This document shows, in pieces, positions 26,351-39,800 of a stretch of 64,000 nucleotides of DNA. The stretch comes from Felis catus (lineage: Eukaryota), in assembly GCF_018350175.1 (NCBI RefSeq), contig NC_058368.1, positions 151,840,001-151,904,000 on the forward strand. The letters run 5' to 3'. The notes under the pieces were generated by a model. The model was given only the letters and a program-made list of their open reading frames with translations, did no database searches and was not told the origin of the DNA. The first letter of the stretch is position 1. Each line of letters begins with the position of its first letter. Both the position numbers and the translations under genes were made by a program.

Positions 26351-27378
26351 ATAGTGTCGCTGAATTCATAAGTTTAATTATACAATTCTGTTACTCCAAA
26401 GTGTTAACATCATAGACTTGTTGTATTTCTTTAAATGTCCAATGGAGATTAGCATTGCCTTGCCCCTAAGTGACACTCAATAATCATTTACTTTATGAAT
26501 TTTTGAAGGCAATGCATTTAATTTGAGAAGCCACTACACAACTCCAAATAAGAGAAAAAAGTGCGAGGAAATTAGGTCAAAGACAGAAATAAGAAAATAA
26601 GTATATAGGGCAAGGTTGAACTCATTAGTATTCTTCATTAGGAATCATACCAACAATGTTTAGCTTATATAAGAAATATGTACACTATTTCAAAGTTGGC
26701 TGTTGAAGGTAAAAAATCTGTTTTGTATTTTAAAGTAAGCAAAAAGTCCCTTTAAATAACAACATGGCATTGAGATCTCAGCATTTTCTTGTTTTTACCC
26801 CAATAGCAATCTGCTTTCATGCATCCTCCACACATAGTACCGATTCCTCCACACTCTTTTTCTCAGAAAAACCTCATGGAAGGCTAAGTAGTATTGGTCT
26901 CCTATCTTTTATCTTCTAATGTATGAAATCTGAAAACAAATTATTAAGTTTCAGAGCTTAAAGAAGACTTAATGATAATTCCATATCCTTTATGGACAAG
27001 AAATATTACCTGGAATAATTATTTCATTGAGATCATGCTGCTATTTGGTGCCCAAACTGAGATGAGAAACCAGGATGCCTGTCAAGTGCTCATTCTTTTT
27101 TCCCATAGAGCCTTGCAGTCCAACTGAAGACAATCAAGAGGAAATCCATGGGTGATCACGGGGATGAGAACTCTGTGGAAGCCCTCCTACTCTGACATTG
27201 TGGTTGTGTAATGGACATCTCGCAGACTCATCCTGCACAAAAAACATCAACAATGCTTTAGCAAAATAAGGAATCTGTACATATATTAAGGCTGGCATTA
27301 ATGAATTATAAACAGCTAACTCGGAAAAAAAATGGGAAAAGAGTGATTAAAATCTTTCTCTCTTTCATACTCTGTATA

Positions 27379-27540
27379 CAGTGTTTCTCAAACTTTACCA
27401 TGCTCAGGTGTAAATCACCTGAGGATTTTGTTAATGAAGACTGTGATTGAGTAGATCCAGGACAGAGCCTGAGAGTCCCCATTACTAACAAGCTCCTAGG
27501 TGATGTTGATGTCTATGATCCATGGACATACCTGGGACAG
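27379..27540 (-). mobile_element. hAT-Charlie MITE (MER5A/MER5A1-like)
   Basis: CAGTGTTTCTCAAACTTT..AATCACCTG..CTAACAAGCTCCTAGGTGATGTTGATG. Confidence 0.8.
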
Positions 27541-28369
27541 TATACTCAAGAATGCAGGTAGATTGTAACTACCTCTCTGGTGTCTGGGGAGTGGCAGCCT
27601 GGTCTGTAGAAACCACAATGACGATAGCACTTGCTATCTCTTGCCCTGCTTTGGTCCTTAGCTCTATTGTACTTTAACGTTATATCCATTTTTTTTTTTT
27701 TACACAGCTAGGAAAAAGCTTTTTATAGGAAGGGATCATGACTCAATTTTTTGCCTCTCCAGGGCCTATCAAATGTTGGTCACTTAGAAATGTTTACGTT
27801 TGATTACAATGTTAAAGAAAAAAATATATTTGGAAGAAAGCCTGTACTGAAACAGGGAAGTTTTTTTTAAATACTCTTTTTTTGGCAATAATGTGAATCA
27901 TTTTGTAATCTAGCCATATTATATGTGCTATGACATTAGAATTATGTCATATTGGAAAAAGAAGAGCCATGTCATATCATAAAATATGCGATTTGCCTTA
28001 TCATATACATTAATCTATGGTATAATAGTGTTTTACTTATTTTGAAAGAGAAATACATAGTAATTCCATTTAAAATTTCATTCCTACCTGAAACTGGAAA
28101 TAGTAAATCATGACTGATTATATGTAAAAAGTGTTTTGAATATGATAACGTTACAGAAAAGAAAATCAGCTAAAAGTCAAACTATATCAAATAATTAACA
28201 ATATTCTGGAAATTTATATTTAAAAAACAAAAAAAACTCTTCAATACATCCAATGGTCAGTGTTTTGTTTTATAATTCCAATAATTGTTCCCTGTAACTT
28301 TCAATGTATGAAATTACACAACTTTGCTTAAAATGGCTGATATTTCCAATTCAAGAATATATTTCAAGT

Positions 28370-28485
28370 AAACGTTTTAGTTTATTTTAATTCCAGTATA
28401 GTCAACATACAATAAAATATTAGTTTCAAGTGTACCATATAGTGTTTCAACATTACCTACTGCTTAAGATAAGTGTATTCTTTTT
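28370..28485 (-). mobile_element. Short carnivore L1 3'-end fragment
   Basis: TTTTAATTCCAGTATAGTCAACATACAA..ATATTAGTTTCAAGTGTAC is a reverse L1 terminus, similar to 31100-31170. Confidence 0.7.
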
Positions 28486-28489
28486 TGAG

Positions 28490-28860
28490 GAAATTTATTA
28501 CCACACACAACTGGAGCTAGAGTGTATTCAAGGTGCCATATGACAGGGGTTCAATGACACTATCAAGAACTCATATTTGTTTGTTTTTTCAACCTACCTT
28601 CTATATCATGGGCCTCACTCAAAGGTTGGTTCTCTCATAGTGGCACTATGGTAGCCAGAGGTGTCTGAGGGTTATTTATTGAATTCCGTAAGAACAGAGC
28701 ATGTGAAAGATAAAACTCCATTCCTCTCAAAGTCCAAGACAGAGGTCATTTACTTCTACTGACTGGAAAGCCTGAGTCAAAGGCTTCTCCTGGTTAATGA
28801 CAGTTAAGAGGGAGATGCCAGGCATTTGAATAGTCTAATTATAATTCCTTCTGGAAATGA
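28490..28860. mobile_element. Old MaLR-like LTR remnant
   Basis: GGAAATTTATT..CAACTGGA..GGGTTCAATGACACTATCAAGA resembles MLT1K-type LTRs. Confidence 0.35.
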
Positions 28861-30769
28861 GGATTTGTGTATGTCCCTGGGGGGAAAAATCAGAGCTCAG
28901 TTTGGAAAGAAGGCAATATGGGATTATTCCTAGACACACTCATTTCATAAAATCTGGCTTCTTTTACAAGATTCAGGGTTATGTAGCAATACATTTGTCC
29001 TGCCTTTTATTTTCACCGTCTTCTGACAATTAGTTGAAAGTGGTCAATAAAAACATAATGCATAGCAAATAGGTGCCAGGAGTGGAGGCTAGGGACTAGT
29101 TTTGCAAGTGATCATTGAATTGATACATGTAGTTGTGTTATAAGAATTCTGCTATCTTAACAATCTTCTAACACAGGAAAACAAGACTTATCAAAACCCC
29201 CCTACATTTAACATATACCATATATGTTTCATTTATTAGCTCCAAAGGAAAATAAACAAGCAACATTTATTGTGTATCAACAAAGAAGAACACAGAAATT
29301 GGCAGTCTAAGGTGTCCATCTACATTTGAGTTATAGAGAAGATGACAAAAAGGACCCCAATTTTTTTCATTTACAAGAATGGAATGAATGAGAGGTATTT
29401 CCTAGAATAGCGTGGCATCTGAATGTCCACCAAGGATGTGAGGTCACTGGAAAAAACTCTGTCCTTGTAGTTTTTCTTTGGCACAGGAAAAACCGGGTAA
29501 CAAAATTATACTCAGTTCATATGGGAACTATACTATCTTATTTGGGTGACTTTAACAGTATTTTTTACTTCTGACTTGATATGCCACACTTGTGAGCCCA
29601 TGTAAGAATGAGTCATGGCCTAACACATTTCTCTTGTAGCTTGTGGTTAGAGAGCTATCCTGAGTGATAGACAAAGGTAGGGGAGAAAGACTTTTTTCAT
29701 ACACACTGAGGATTCAATCTGCAAAAGAAGATGACCCTCAAAAACGAAATACTATTTTTCAAGGGTGACAGCCAGAAAGGTTAATGTCAGGAGTGACAGA
29801 TACATGGCAGGGACATCAGCTAGCAGCATCAGTACTTTTGTCCTTGATCATAAAGTAACAATCAGTAGGTAAGGACTAAAGAATGCTGGATCCTGACAAC
29901 TAATTTTACATATAACTATAAAGAGGGTAAGATAAAGGTCAAAATGTTCTATCAAAAGAAAACAATCTGTACAGACTGGTGACTAAGGTAACAAGTACTG
30001 AGGTTCAGAATAAAAGATCTCTGGAAATATTCCTCTAGCATGCCTAGCAACATGCTCTGCCTTTGTATTGACTGTTTCGTTGTTCACTTTCTCCCTTAGC
30101 TTTCCATGAACAGCAGAGGCATATAGGGTGTAGGGCCTTTAAGAAGCAAGAGAGTGGTGGGGGTTGGGGGCTTGGTGCAACACTTAGTAAAAATTCTAAC
30201 CTAGTCCCTTGGTACCAGGAGTCAAGCTGAACTGTGAGAAACAAGTGAAGTCGACCCCATCTTAGGCTTTTGTGATGCTACATGACAGAATGAAAATCCT
30301 TCTCTCTTGTCCCCCACAACATTAACTTTTCTCCTTGTAGTCTTATCAAGAGAGACAGAGCACAAGATAGAAAAGCCAATAGGGTGGGTGTCCTTATTCT
30401 TCTGTTACCATTTTTTCTTAGTAGTCTCAATTGGAATAAGTCTTCCCAGCATAATCTTAAGGAAAAATATGTATCCACATAAACAGAATGAAACTAAGGT
30501 AGAGAAGCTTGAAGGGAAGTGAAAGCACAAGAGGGAAACTGAAGACAGTTAATTCGGTCTGTTTTGGGGTAATTTCCATAATAACAGATAAAGTAGAAAA
30601 TGATTTTTGGAGCACCTCTTTTGTAACCTGCTTTGGAACCTGTTTTTCTCCTAATTCTTTGCCTTAGGTAGCTTTCCTCATAATTACCTATGCATTCTTG
30701 CTCCTGTCAGCCAGTGCTTGCTGTCTTCCTGAAAAAAGGTCACTCTACGATGCACTAAGTTTAATAGAT

Positions 30770-31250
30770 AATAATAAGAGCAGTTGAATTTGTTATAAGC
30801 TTGCTATTTGCTGGAGAGTTTTAAAAGTGTTTTACATTATTAACCCATTTAATCTTCACAACAGTATTTTGGAATATGTAACTCCATTTTACAGATGAGA
30901 AAACCATGGCAAAAGACAGATTAAGAAACATACTTAGCAAAAGGGAAAAAAAGAGAGGGAGACAAGTCAAGAAACAGACTCTTAACTCTAGAGAACTCTT
31001 AATTCCAGAGGGGAGGTAGGTAGGGATATGGATGAAATAGGAAATGGGGATTAAGGACTGTGCTGCTGTGATGAACATTGGGTGATGTATGAAGTGCTGA
31101 ATCACTAAGGTACACCTAAAGCTAACATAAACTGTATGTTAAACTAACTGGAATTGAAATAAAAATTTAAAAAAAGAAATATGCTTAAATCCTATAGTAC
31201 TAAGATTCCATCCCAAATAGATTGGCTTTAAAACCTGTCCTAGTAGCCAC
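30770..31250 (-). mobile_element. MIR interrupted by an L1 3' fragment
   Basis: CATTTAATCTTCACAAC..CCATTTTACAGATGAGAAAAC core. Confidence 0.75.
30937..31173 (+). mobile_element. 5'-truncated carnivore L1 (3' UTR only)
   Basis: AAACAGACTCTTAACT..GGGGATTAAGGA..TGATGAACATTGGGTGATGTATG..A tail; TSD AAGAAACATACTTA/AAGAAATATGCTTA. Confidence 0.9.
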
Positions 31251-34118
31251 CATCATTTATAACCCAAGGCCATTTGTATATAATATTGTCAGTGAAATGT
31301 TTCCTATTTTGAGTGTTGTGGAATTTTTTTTATGTCATATTTGCTCCTTCTAAAAAAAGAGAATATCGTTTTATCCTATTCTTCATTTAGAGTTTTGGAT
31401 GATTCTCAAAAATAAGGCAACCCATTTCTTAGTTTCTTCAAGGCTCTAGAAGATTGATAGGGAGAATTATTGCACAGATAATTACCAATTTCAACTTAAG
31501 AAGTTTTTGTACTTGCCATAAATATCAATTAGTTTATTAATCTTTTGACACTTCAGTGCATTGTAAAAGTGCAAAACAAAAATCTAAGTTGAAGAAAAAG
31601 AAGAGATCCCTGGTGGCCTTATTACAAGTGTATGTTCTTGGGTAAATCACGAGGAGTTCGATTCTACCATTTGTAAATCATGGGATAAGAGTAGCCAATA
31701 TTTAATGACACTACCAGAATCAACATTTGACAAGTTTGTACATTACTAAAAAATTGTGAAATTTTAGAAATAGCTTCCTTATTTAGGACATTTAAAACCA
31801 GACTGGCCATCGTATAGCAGAAAAGTTGTCTGTCAATAAGAAAAAAAAAAAAGCCTCTATTAAGGTGTTTCAAAACATCTCCTTATTTCTAAGGATACTA
31901 TATAATATTCGTTCATATCTTTGGAAAGTGCACCACTTCTGAGAAATCCTGATTTCTTGATACTCTGCTAAATATTTTTAAAAGCAAATTATTATTTGAA
32001 GGAAAATAAATAACAACTTTTTCCAGCAGGCCAAAGAAGCCACAATCACGCTAGGGTTTATGATGACATCAACTTTTCCTAGACACTAAAGCAAGACATT
32101 GCTCCTAGCACTCTACCATCTGCCGCAGATATTTTAAAATTCTAAAGCACTAACAATGATGCAATTTGCTACATTTTGAGCTGCATTTTACAACTCTCTC
32201 TTTGCTGAATTACTATTGATGACATTAAAACCCTTTACAAATCAAGACAACACATGTGCTTGCTATTGCCACCAAAGAGCTGTCAGCAACGTTCTTTCTA
32301 GGGGTGTACCTGCCAGTTCCTTTGGGGTCAGCAAGGTTTAATCGCTCTTTACAGAATGAGACTCAAGACACCTCATTTTCTATGTTACTTATTGCTCATG
32401 AGGGAAAATGCCCAGGGAGAGGACAACATTCACTTGAAGAAGGAATAAATGGGAAGCAAATTGAGCAATTAATTACATTTGTTTTCATCTTCTCATACAT
32501 AAGAAGGAGTATTCTCCAGATTTCTGGAAACAAAAAAGTTACTAAAAAAAAAAGTTACACAGCATAGGACGATCAAGAAGCCAAAACATTTCTTCATAAG
32601 CACTGACATAAAACTTAGAGTATTACAGAAAATAAGTTGCCTGACACAAGAAAAAAATATTTCAAGACTTAAGACTTAAATGTTTGATAAATATTTAAAA
32701 GTTTTCTTTGCTCTTGAAAGTTGAGCAAGTGGGATAGCTTCATAGATAGGTAGGTCTTAAAAACTCCAACTTCAAATTATTTTCAGCCAGTGATAACGTG
32801 TTATTTGGATTTCTGCAAAAATGTTCGCTCAGAGGGACAGAAGAATCTAAAGTGCCAACAATTACGAAAGAAGTTTCAACTCAACACCTGATGGACTGTG
32901 GTTATCGGTTTCAAACTTCAGAAATTATTAGCAGCTGTTACTTTCTAAAAGCATCTAAGATATTTAAACATTTGCCCTGGAAAAAATGACACCTGTCAGA
33001 AAAAAATAACAGGATGAAATATGTCTTCATTCATTTTAAAGGATCTGTTTTATAAAAGATCTTCATCTAACCAAAAACAATCATCATTGGCATTTGTGGT
33101 TACCTTCCTAGCCCTTTCCTTCCCTTTATATTAGACTCTTTTTAAAAGAGCTTTTTAAATTCAAATTCCTCATATTTCTATCATGTTTTATGACTGAAAT
33201 AACTTTAACTGTTTTGATAAAGGTTATAAAACCTACATCTACAATAGTCCTGGACTAGTAGCTAAATGCTTCTTTATTAGACTGAAAATATACTTGAGTT
33301 TTGATATTAATAATAATTTATGAGTACTTAAATTCCCCTTTTATTTTTTGTAAACATTGTTTCACAGAAAAGGTAAGATATGTTGAGAAATATTTTCTGC
33401 TTTTGATTTTCAGGATAAGAAAAAAAAAATAAACAGTTTACATGACCTAACGTCCTTGCTCCCTAGGTCCTGCTGCATAAAGTGAGGGAAAAGTAGGTGA
33501 TTTAACAAGCAGGGCTGAGGGCTGAGTCACCACACTTGGAAGTTGCAAACTGTCATCTTATTTTTATTACTGAACACTTAATGAAAGAGTGGCGAGGTTA
33601 CAAGCAGGTGGCCAGGCAAGATGCGAATGAATCACTTGGAGAAAAGGCATAAACACAGTTTGCCATAAGAGCAAGAAATTTGAAAAAGACCATCTATCAC
33701 AAGATCCCATACAAGTCCTCACCCAGAAAATATCCTTTCCCCAGAGACCTTGGCCCCATATACCAACAGTAGAAATGGTAACAGCAATAATATCCACTGT
33801 GCATGTAATACACACTAGTTCCCAAGATAGACACTTCACATGTATTATTTCTGAACACTAAACTGGTCCTACAAAATGAACATCATTACTTGTGCTTATA
33901 AATCGGATATGGGAAGCTCAGACAAGCAGAGAGGTGTATGATGCTAACCCTAAAAAGCGATGGAGCCACATGGCTTACCTGTGTTTGATCTCAGGACTGC
34001 CTAATAGCAAAGTCCACCCTCTCATCAACATACTTTGCTGCTGCATCTTTGGTTGTATACAAAGTTGTTTCTGGGAACAGTGGAACAGTAAAAGGAGATC
34101 TAAGGATTTAAATTTGAA

Positions 34119-34337
34119 GGGCGCCTGAGTGGCTCAGTTGGTTGAGCGCTGACTTAGGCTCAGGTCACGATCTCAGTCTCTGAGTCTGAGCCCTGCATTG
34201 GTCTTTGTGCTGACGGCTCACAGCCAGGAGCCTGGAGCCTGCTTTGGATTCTGTGTGTGTGTGTGTGTGTGTGTCTCTCTCTGCTCCTCTCCTGCTCACA
34301 CTCTGTCTCTCTCTCTCAAAAATAAATAATGAAACAT
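34119..34337 (+). mobile_element. Can-SINE with internal (TG)n
   Basis: GGGCGCCTGAGTGGCTCAG head; TSD GATTTAAATTTGA at 34105-34117 and 34454-34466 encloses the SINE and the microsatellite. Confidence 0.95.
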
Positions 34338-34453
34338 GAAAGGAAGGAAGGAAGGAAGGAAGGAAGGAAGGAAGGAAGGAAGGAAGGAAGGAAGGAAGGA
34401 AGGAAGGAAGGGAGGAAGGGAGGGAGGGAGGGAGGGAGGGAGGGAGGAAGGAA
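34338..34453 (+). repeat. (GGAA)n/(GGGA)n compound microsatellite
   Basis: Directly visible tetranucleotide array. Confidence 0.98.
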
Positions 34454-34610
34454 GATTTAAATTTGAGTCATTACAACTCAGGGTTTTATCTATCTACTCA
34501 GAAAAGAAAGTGGGAAACAAGTGTAACAGGCATATGAAATATAAATTTAATACCCAGACTCACTAAATTAGAAATTTCAATGTCATATCAAATCCTGTAG
34601 CACTTATTTT

Positions 34611-34808
34611 AATTTTTTAAAGTGTTTATGTCTATTTTTGAGAAAGAGCGAGTGAGCAAGCAGGGAGGGGTTGAGGAAGAGAGAGAGAACCCCAGACAGG
34701 TTCCACCCACAGAGCCCGATGACGGGCTTAACCTCACATACTATGAGATCAAGACCTGGGCCAAAATCAAGAGTCCAATGCTCAACCAGCTGAGCCACCC
34801 AGGCACAC
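34611..34808 (-). mobile_element. Can-SINE
   Basis: GAGATCAAGACCTGGGCCAAAATCAAGAGTC..TGAGCCACCCAGGCAC; degenerate TSD TGT(A)GCA(C/T)TTATTTT. Confidence 0.92.
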
Positions 34809-36675
34809 TTGTGCATTTATTTTAAATATATCACCTAAGATACGGGATGGTCTTAATAAATCATATGAATCCCCCTCCTTTTCTTTTACTTCCTCACTTT
34901 ACAAATGCTGAATCAGGCAGAAAATAAACTTAATCTAGTGTTTTGATCAGGATTTGGGTTAGAACCAAACCATTCACATAGTCCTGAGGGTAAGAACAAA
35001 GTTCAGATGAAGGGAATGAAACAAGGCAGGCCTTTCCATCCAGCATAGAACCTGTAATTCTAATTTATTAGCCCTGACCTGCCCCTGACCACACAGGAGA
35101 AGCTAGTCTCTGACTCCTGGGACTCTTCTTCCCTAGTCCTGATGCCCAGAAGGAAATGCTTCTAGCTTCTCCTAACTTGTCATATGTAATGCATTAGTAG
35201 TAATAACCATGCAATCACTGCTAGTTCAAAATGTGGTCCTGAACATTTTCATCAACATACAACTGTACTTTTAAATGATTCTCAAAGTTTTACTGAGCTA
35301 TGATTTCCAGCTTATAATCAAGGAAGGCCAAATTTGGACTTCAAAAAATATTCTAATTACTTGGAAAATTCATGAACTCCCTAGAAACATGACTACAGAG
35401 TGACAGTCTGAGGGAGAATCCTTTAACAGAATAAAGGGTCCATAATTATAAACCGAGAGACCCCCCTCAAAGCAGTGCACACTGAAATGAAGGTGGCTTT
35501 CTCTGCAAATAGTGCTTGATAACCAGGAAAGGGATATTTTAAGTTGGAGAACCCGTTAGCTTTCATTCTGTTTTATTTTAACCTTGTATTTCTTTGTAAT
35601 TACACTATAAACAGTTCATCACAGAAATCTGTTAATATGCTGCAGATGGTGAGGGGATCGTACAGGGCTTTGTTCTTCAGCATCTTGGTCATGTACCTCA
35701 TCCAAATAGGTCCCTATGTTACATTTAAGAAGAGGTATTTATGTTCTAGCTACTTTTCTATTGTTCACAAAAGAAAAAGTATCATTCTTCAGAACCAAAC
35801 ACAAGAAACTCAACACCTGGGTTCTCTTTGACTTCCCCTGAAACTGTATTTGACTGTATAAAACATATTTACTAAACTTTAAGTGTTTAAGAATGTCAAA
35901 AAAAAAAAAAAAGACATTGTTACTATTTCTGGAAAATTGCATAAAGCTTCATGAATTAGTCTTTACAAAATAATTTGAACATCTCACAGTTTCATAGAAC
36001 TTCTAAATATTATAATATCATTTCAATATGTACTTTTTAATCTTTTAGTTTTATTCAAAATTAATGTCTCCCCCCTAATATTAGTAAAAACTATCAGAGT
36101 AAGCTGAGTAACAGATTTCAGCATTATCAGTAAGGCAGTTTCTGTATGCCTTGCCAATATCTTTGTAGGTCTCCTTGTTAATCATTTTACTTTATTATTT
36201 ATTCCACATATATTTCCATGAAGAGTTCTTAACTTGATGAAAATCTGATTTCTTGATCCACAATCAAATCTTACTATGGCCAGCTGCTATGTCTTCATAA
36301 CTGTGAAAATATTATATCTCTTTGCAAGTTGGCTCTAATACAAGGAAGGTTACTAAACTAACCCAATTAAATTGAGCATATCTGCAAGTTTAGATGATTA
36401 TTGCTGTTGTCTGTGAGGGCTGGGATCCAACGTGATGGATTGCTGGCTACCCTAGTGAATTCTAAAGGGGAAAAATATCCCATTCTGGATTAGCTTGAAT
36501 TGGCTTACATAAAGGTTTTATGATGCAAATTGGAGATATTGGACTTAGTAACAACCTACACTATCTGTTATACTCTTCTGTCTCATAGTCATAGGAAGCT
36601 TCCTTGAGTGTGACGCTCCATCCTCATTAATAAGCTCTGTGTTGTACATCTTTGTCTGATATGAAGCTGCCATAC

Positions 36676-36819
36676 CTTGTCACCAATTATAGACTCTGAA
36701 AAGACCCATCTCATTATAGTACTTAAATTGCTTGTTCCTGAAGGTGATGCTTGGTGTGTCTCCTCTGCCTCTTGCCAACAGGAAAATCACCCTTGAAGTG
36801 AATAGATGTCAGTCAAAAG
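36676..36819 (-). other. Candidate internal exon (144 nt), probably 5'-UTR or start-codon-containing, of an unidentified gene
   Basis: Strong acceptor ttaattctttttgcttttcttttgtag|CTT and donor AAG|GTATGG; typical exon length; stops in all three frames near its 5' end; late ATG gives MRWVFSESIIGDK open to the donor; lies in a repeat-poor block. Confidence 0.55.
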
Positions 36820-39800
36820 CTACAAAAGAAAAGCAAAAAGAATTAATAAAAAAAAAACCTGGCTAGAATATTTATCAGCTTATTGCACATAAAAAAAAGA
36901 TTAGAAAAATAAAATGCAAGGCTAAAAGACACACTTTTCAACACTTTAATTGTATGAAATACATCTGTCCATGCATTTGGGACCAAGCAGATATTTTTTT
37001 TAATGCAAATCACACATGTGGACTATTCACCATTCTGTCACTGTCACACTAAGGGAAGGAGGTAATGTTTGCAAACACTTTTTCTCTGTTTCTCATTGCA
37101 TCACTAGGTGACAGGAAACTGAGCCCCACGTAAGAGAATTCTTATCCTTGGATGGCATCGCTCTGTATGGCAAACCTGGTACAAGGGGGTTTTAGATAAA
37201 TTGTGACTGAGCAGTAAATTGAGACATCAATTCATAGGAATTGCTAAGTCAACTGGGCAAGAAAAGGCATAGCAGAATACTCTTCTGCTAAAGGAAAGCT
37301 AACATATCAGTCTTGAGGATATGCAAAATGCATTTGAGATGTATTGAAAGGACATCTATTCCCAGATATGATAAAATTCTATTTATTCCATTTCAAAACA
37401 GAAAATTTCTTCACAAATTCCCCTTACTAATAAACCTCATTATAATCATGTGGAGGGAAAAATGTTTGCGCTCCTTTGCTTTTGGAATGTACAAGTTTGT
37501 TTACAAGCTATCCAATCAAGACTATTTTAATGATGGGGACTCTCCAAAGGCAATCTCATTCAAATATCTGTCCCACACTGTGCCCAGAACTGAGTCAGCC
37601 AAGGGCAAAATGAACAGGCTCACAAACGTCCTCAGAAACTAGCATGCAGGTCCTAGCTCAGCCCCTGGAACGCAAATATATCCCAGTCCTTTACAATATA
37701 TATCAAAAGTATGTGCAGGTCTTTTGATGTTGTTCAAAATGTTAAGCCTTTTTTGGAAATTAAATGTTCAATATTAACACCATTAGACTTCTCTTTAACA
37801 AGAAGGTCAATAAATTATGCCCATTTATTTAAAAAGCCCCTTCGTCTAGTTAACTATACTCTCAAATGCGGCAAGAACATGTTCTCATACGATATCCATT
37901 TGTGTATACAGATGTACCCACATACAAGCTTTCAGAAGAAACGGAGAAAAAACAATCACATCAGATAGAGAACATTCATATTGAAAACACATTTGGTACA
38001 AGACATTTGTACAGGATATAACTCATATTTCTAGTTCCAGACTTGGTATTATTGCCACCATTTCCTCATAGGAGTTTGTGCAATCTAAGAGTACATGATC
38101 TGAATCTGAGAGAGAGCAAACTTAACTGTTCACTCCTGGACAAAAGAGCAATGGAATTCTGGCATAATCATTCCATTCAAAACAGCCTTCTGTTAGTTGG
38201 TATTTAGGAGCATTTTGGCCTTTTTTAGCAGATCTGAGAACTTAGAACATTATTATTATCACTATCTTTTTACTAGTCTTTACTAGCCTTTACTAGTTCT
38301 ACAAAGGTTATAGTAAACTGTAAAGGATCAAACATTTATAAGTTCTTATTACAACCCAGTTCCTCAAGGAGAAGTTATGATGCATATAAAGGCATTTTGA
38401 CATTTAATTAAATAAATGAATATTATTTTTCAACTATACTGTGTAGGTATTTTTTAAAAGAAACTTAATTAAGTAGAAATACAAAACACATGTTGGATTG
38501 AAGTTGAACCCACATTTCCCCAGTTATCAAATAAACATGAAAGTATAAGTGCTAACTACGATGAAGGCAAAAAACCTCAACACACTTTATCTTTATTTAG
38601 TACAGAATAAATAAACTCTTTCTTTGAAGAAGGATACTGTCTCACTTCTGATAATGGGGCAATTTTTTAAGTAGGATTACAGGGAAAGGATTTTTTTCTT
38701 GAACACATCTTTTCATATGTGATGTTGGTAGCAATATATGATAACTGAAGACTATTTACATCACTACCACTTTATTCTCTGTGTATATCAGTTTGACCAT
38801 AAGCATGCACAAAAAAGCCGTGTTCCCTTGTCTGAAAAAAATGCCAACTCAAAAATGCAAATAAGAAATGGCATTAGACACAAACAGCGATTTGTTTTTC
38901 AAGAAAAACAGTCATATAAGGAACTGAGTTTGCTTTACTGCACACGACTTAAGAGGCTACATACATTCTCCATGGCCAAAACTTACACTTGAGTTTGTGC
39001 AAGAAACAATTAGTGATAATGTTTTTCTCATCATACCTAGCTCCTATTAATAAACTTTTGTTTCGAAGGTGAATGTGGACACTCTCATTTCCTTTGCTTC
39101 TCTTAAAACTAGTGACCTCCATCTTCCTCTTAGGTTCCCAGTTTCTCCCTGGTCCTCCCTTAACAGAACACATGCTGTTACTGTAACTGTCTTCACTAGT
39201 CCTTCATATTCCACTATGTGCTGCCTTCCGTCCCTTGCACTTTTCAGAAATGTATTCTTCCACTGTGAGACGTTTATCTTCACTGTAAGAAGATTCTGCT
39301 ATTGATGTTTGCAAATATTAATAATGAAATGTGTCACTATTAGATACCTAATACCATAAAATACCCAGAATCTAATGTCATTCAGGGTGGTTTCATTTTC
39401 TGCTTAAGTCCTGAAATCAGAATTACTTTGTTTTCCAAACATAGGAATGTATTTTTAAATAGTTTGGTAGAGTTCAGTAATTATCTAAAAGATAGCTCAT
39501 TTTAATGCTAACACTTTTTAGAGCTATCATCTTTGGTTGTGCAGTTTGGCATTAAACTATCTTAGGGTATACTATTCAGACAGACAACAAGATGAATCAC
39601 CTCCTAACTAAGTTCCTGCAGGGGAAAAACGGCACTACAGTGCATTGGCATCCCTGGGTGAACTTGAACTTCTAAGCTCCACAATGTAGGGCCCTAAACA
39701 TCTTTAATAACGTGGTTATTAGTATTCATGGGAGTAACAAATGATATTTTTAGAGTGCTGATTATTACATTTTAATATTAAAGAGAACTGCAAACATAAG

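Noticed and set aside
27010..27250. Acceptor-like sites on both strands
   Set aside because: Partners are weak and partly within a MIR remnant; indistinguishable from background.
38268..38298. Three copies of TTTACTAG in an 11-bp tandem repeat
   Set aside because: Tiny slippage repeat with no spacers; not CRISPR-like.
39491..39528. GATAGCTC/GAGCTATC inverted repeat as a miRNA hairpin
   Set aside because: An 8-bp stem is too short and is expected by chance.
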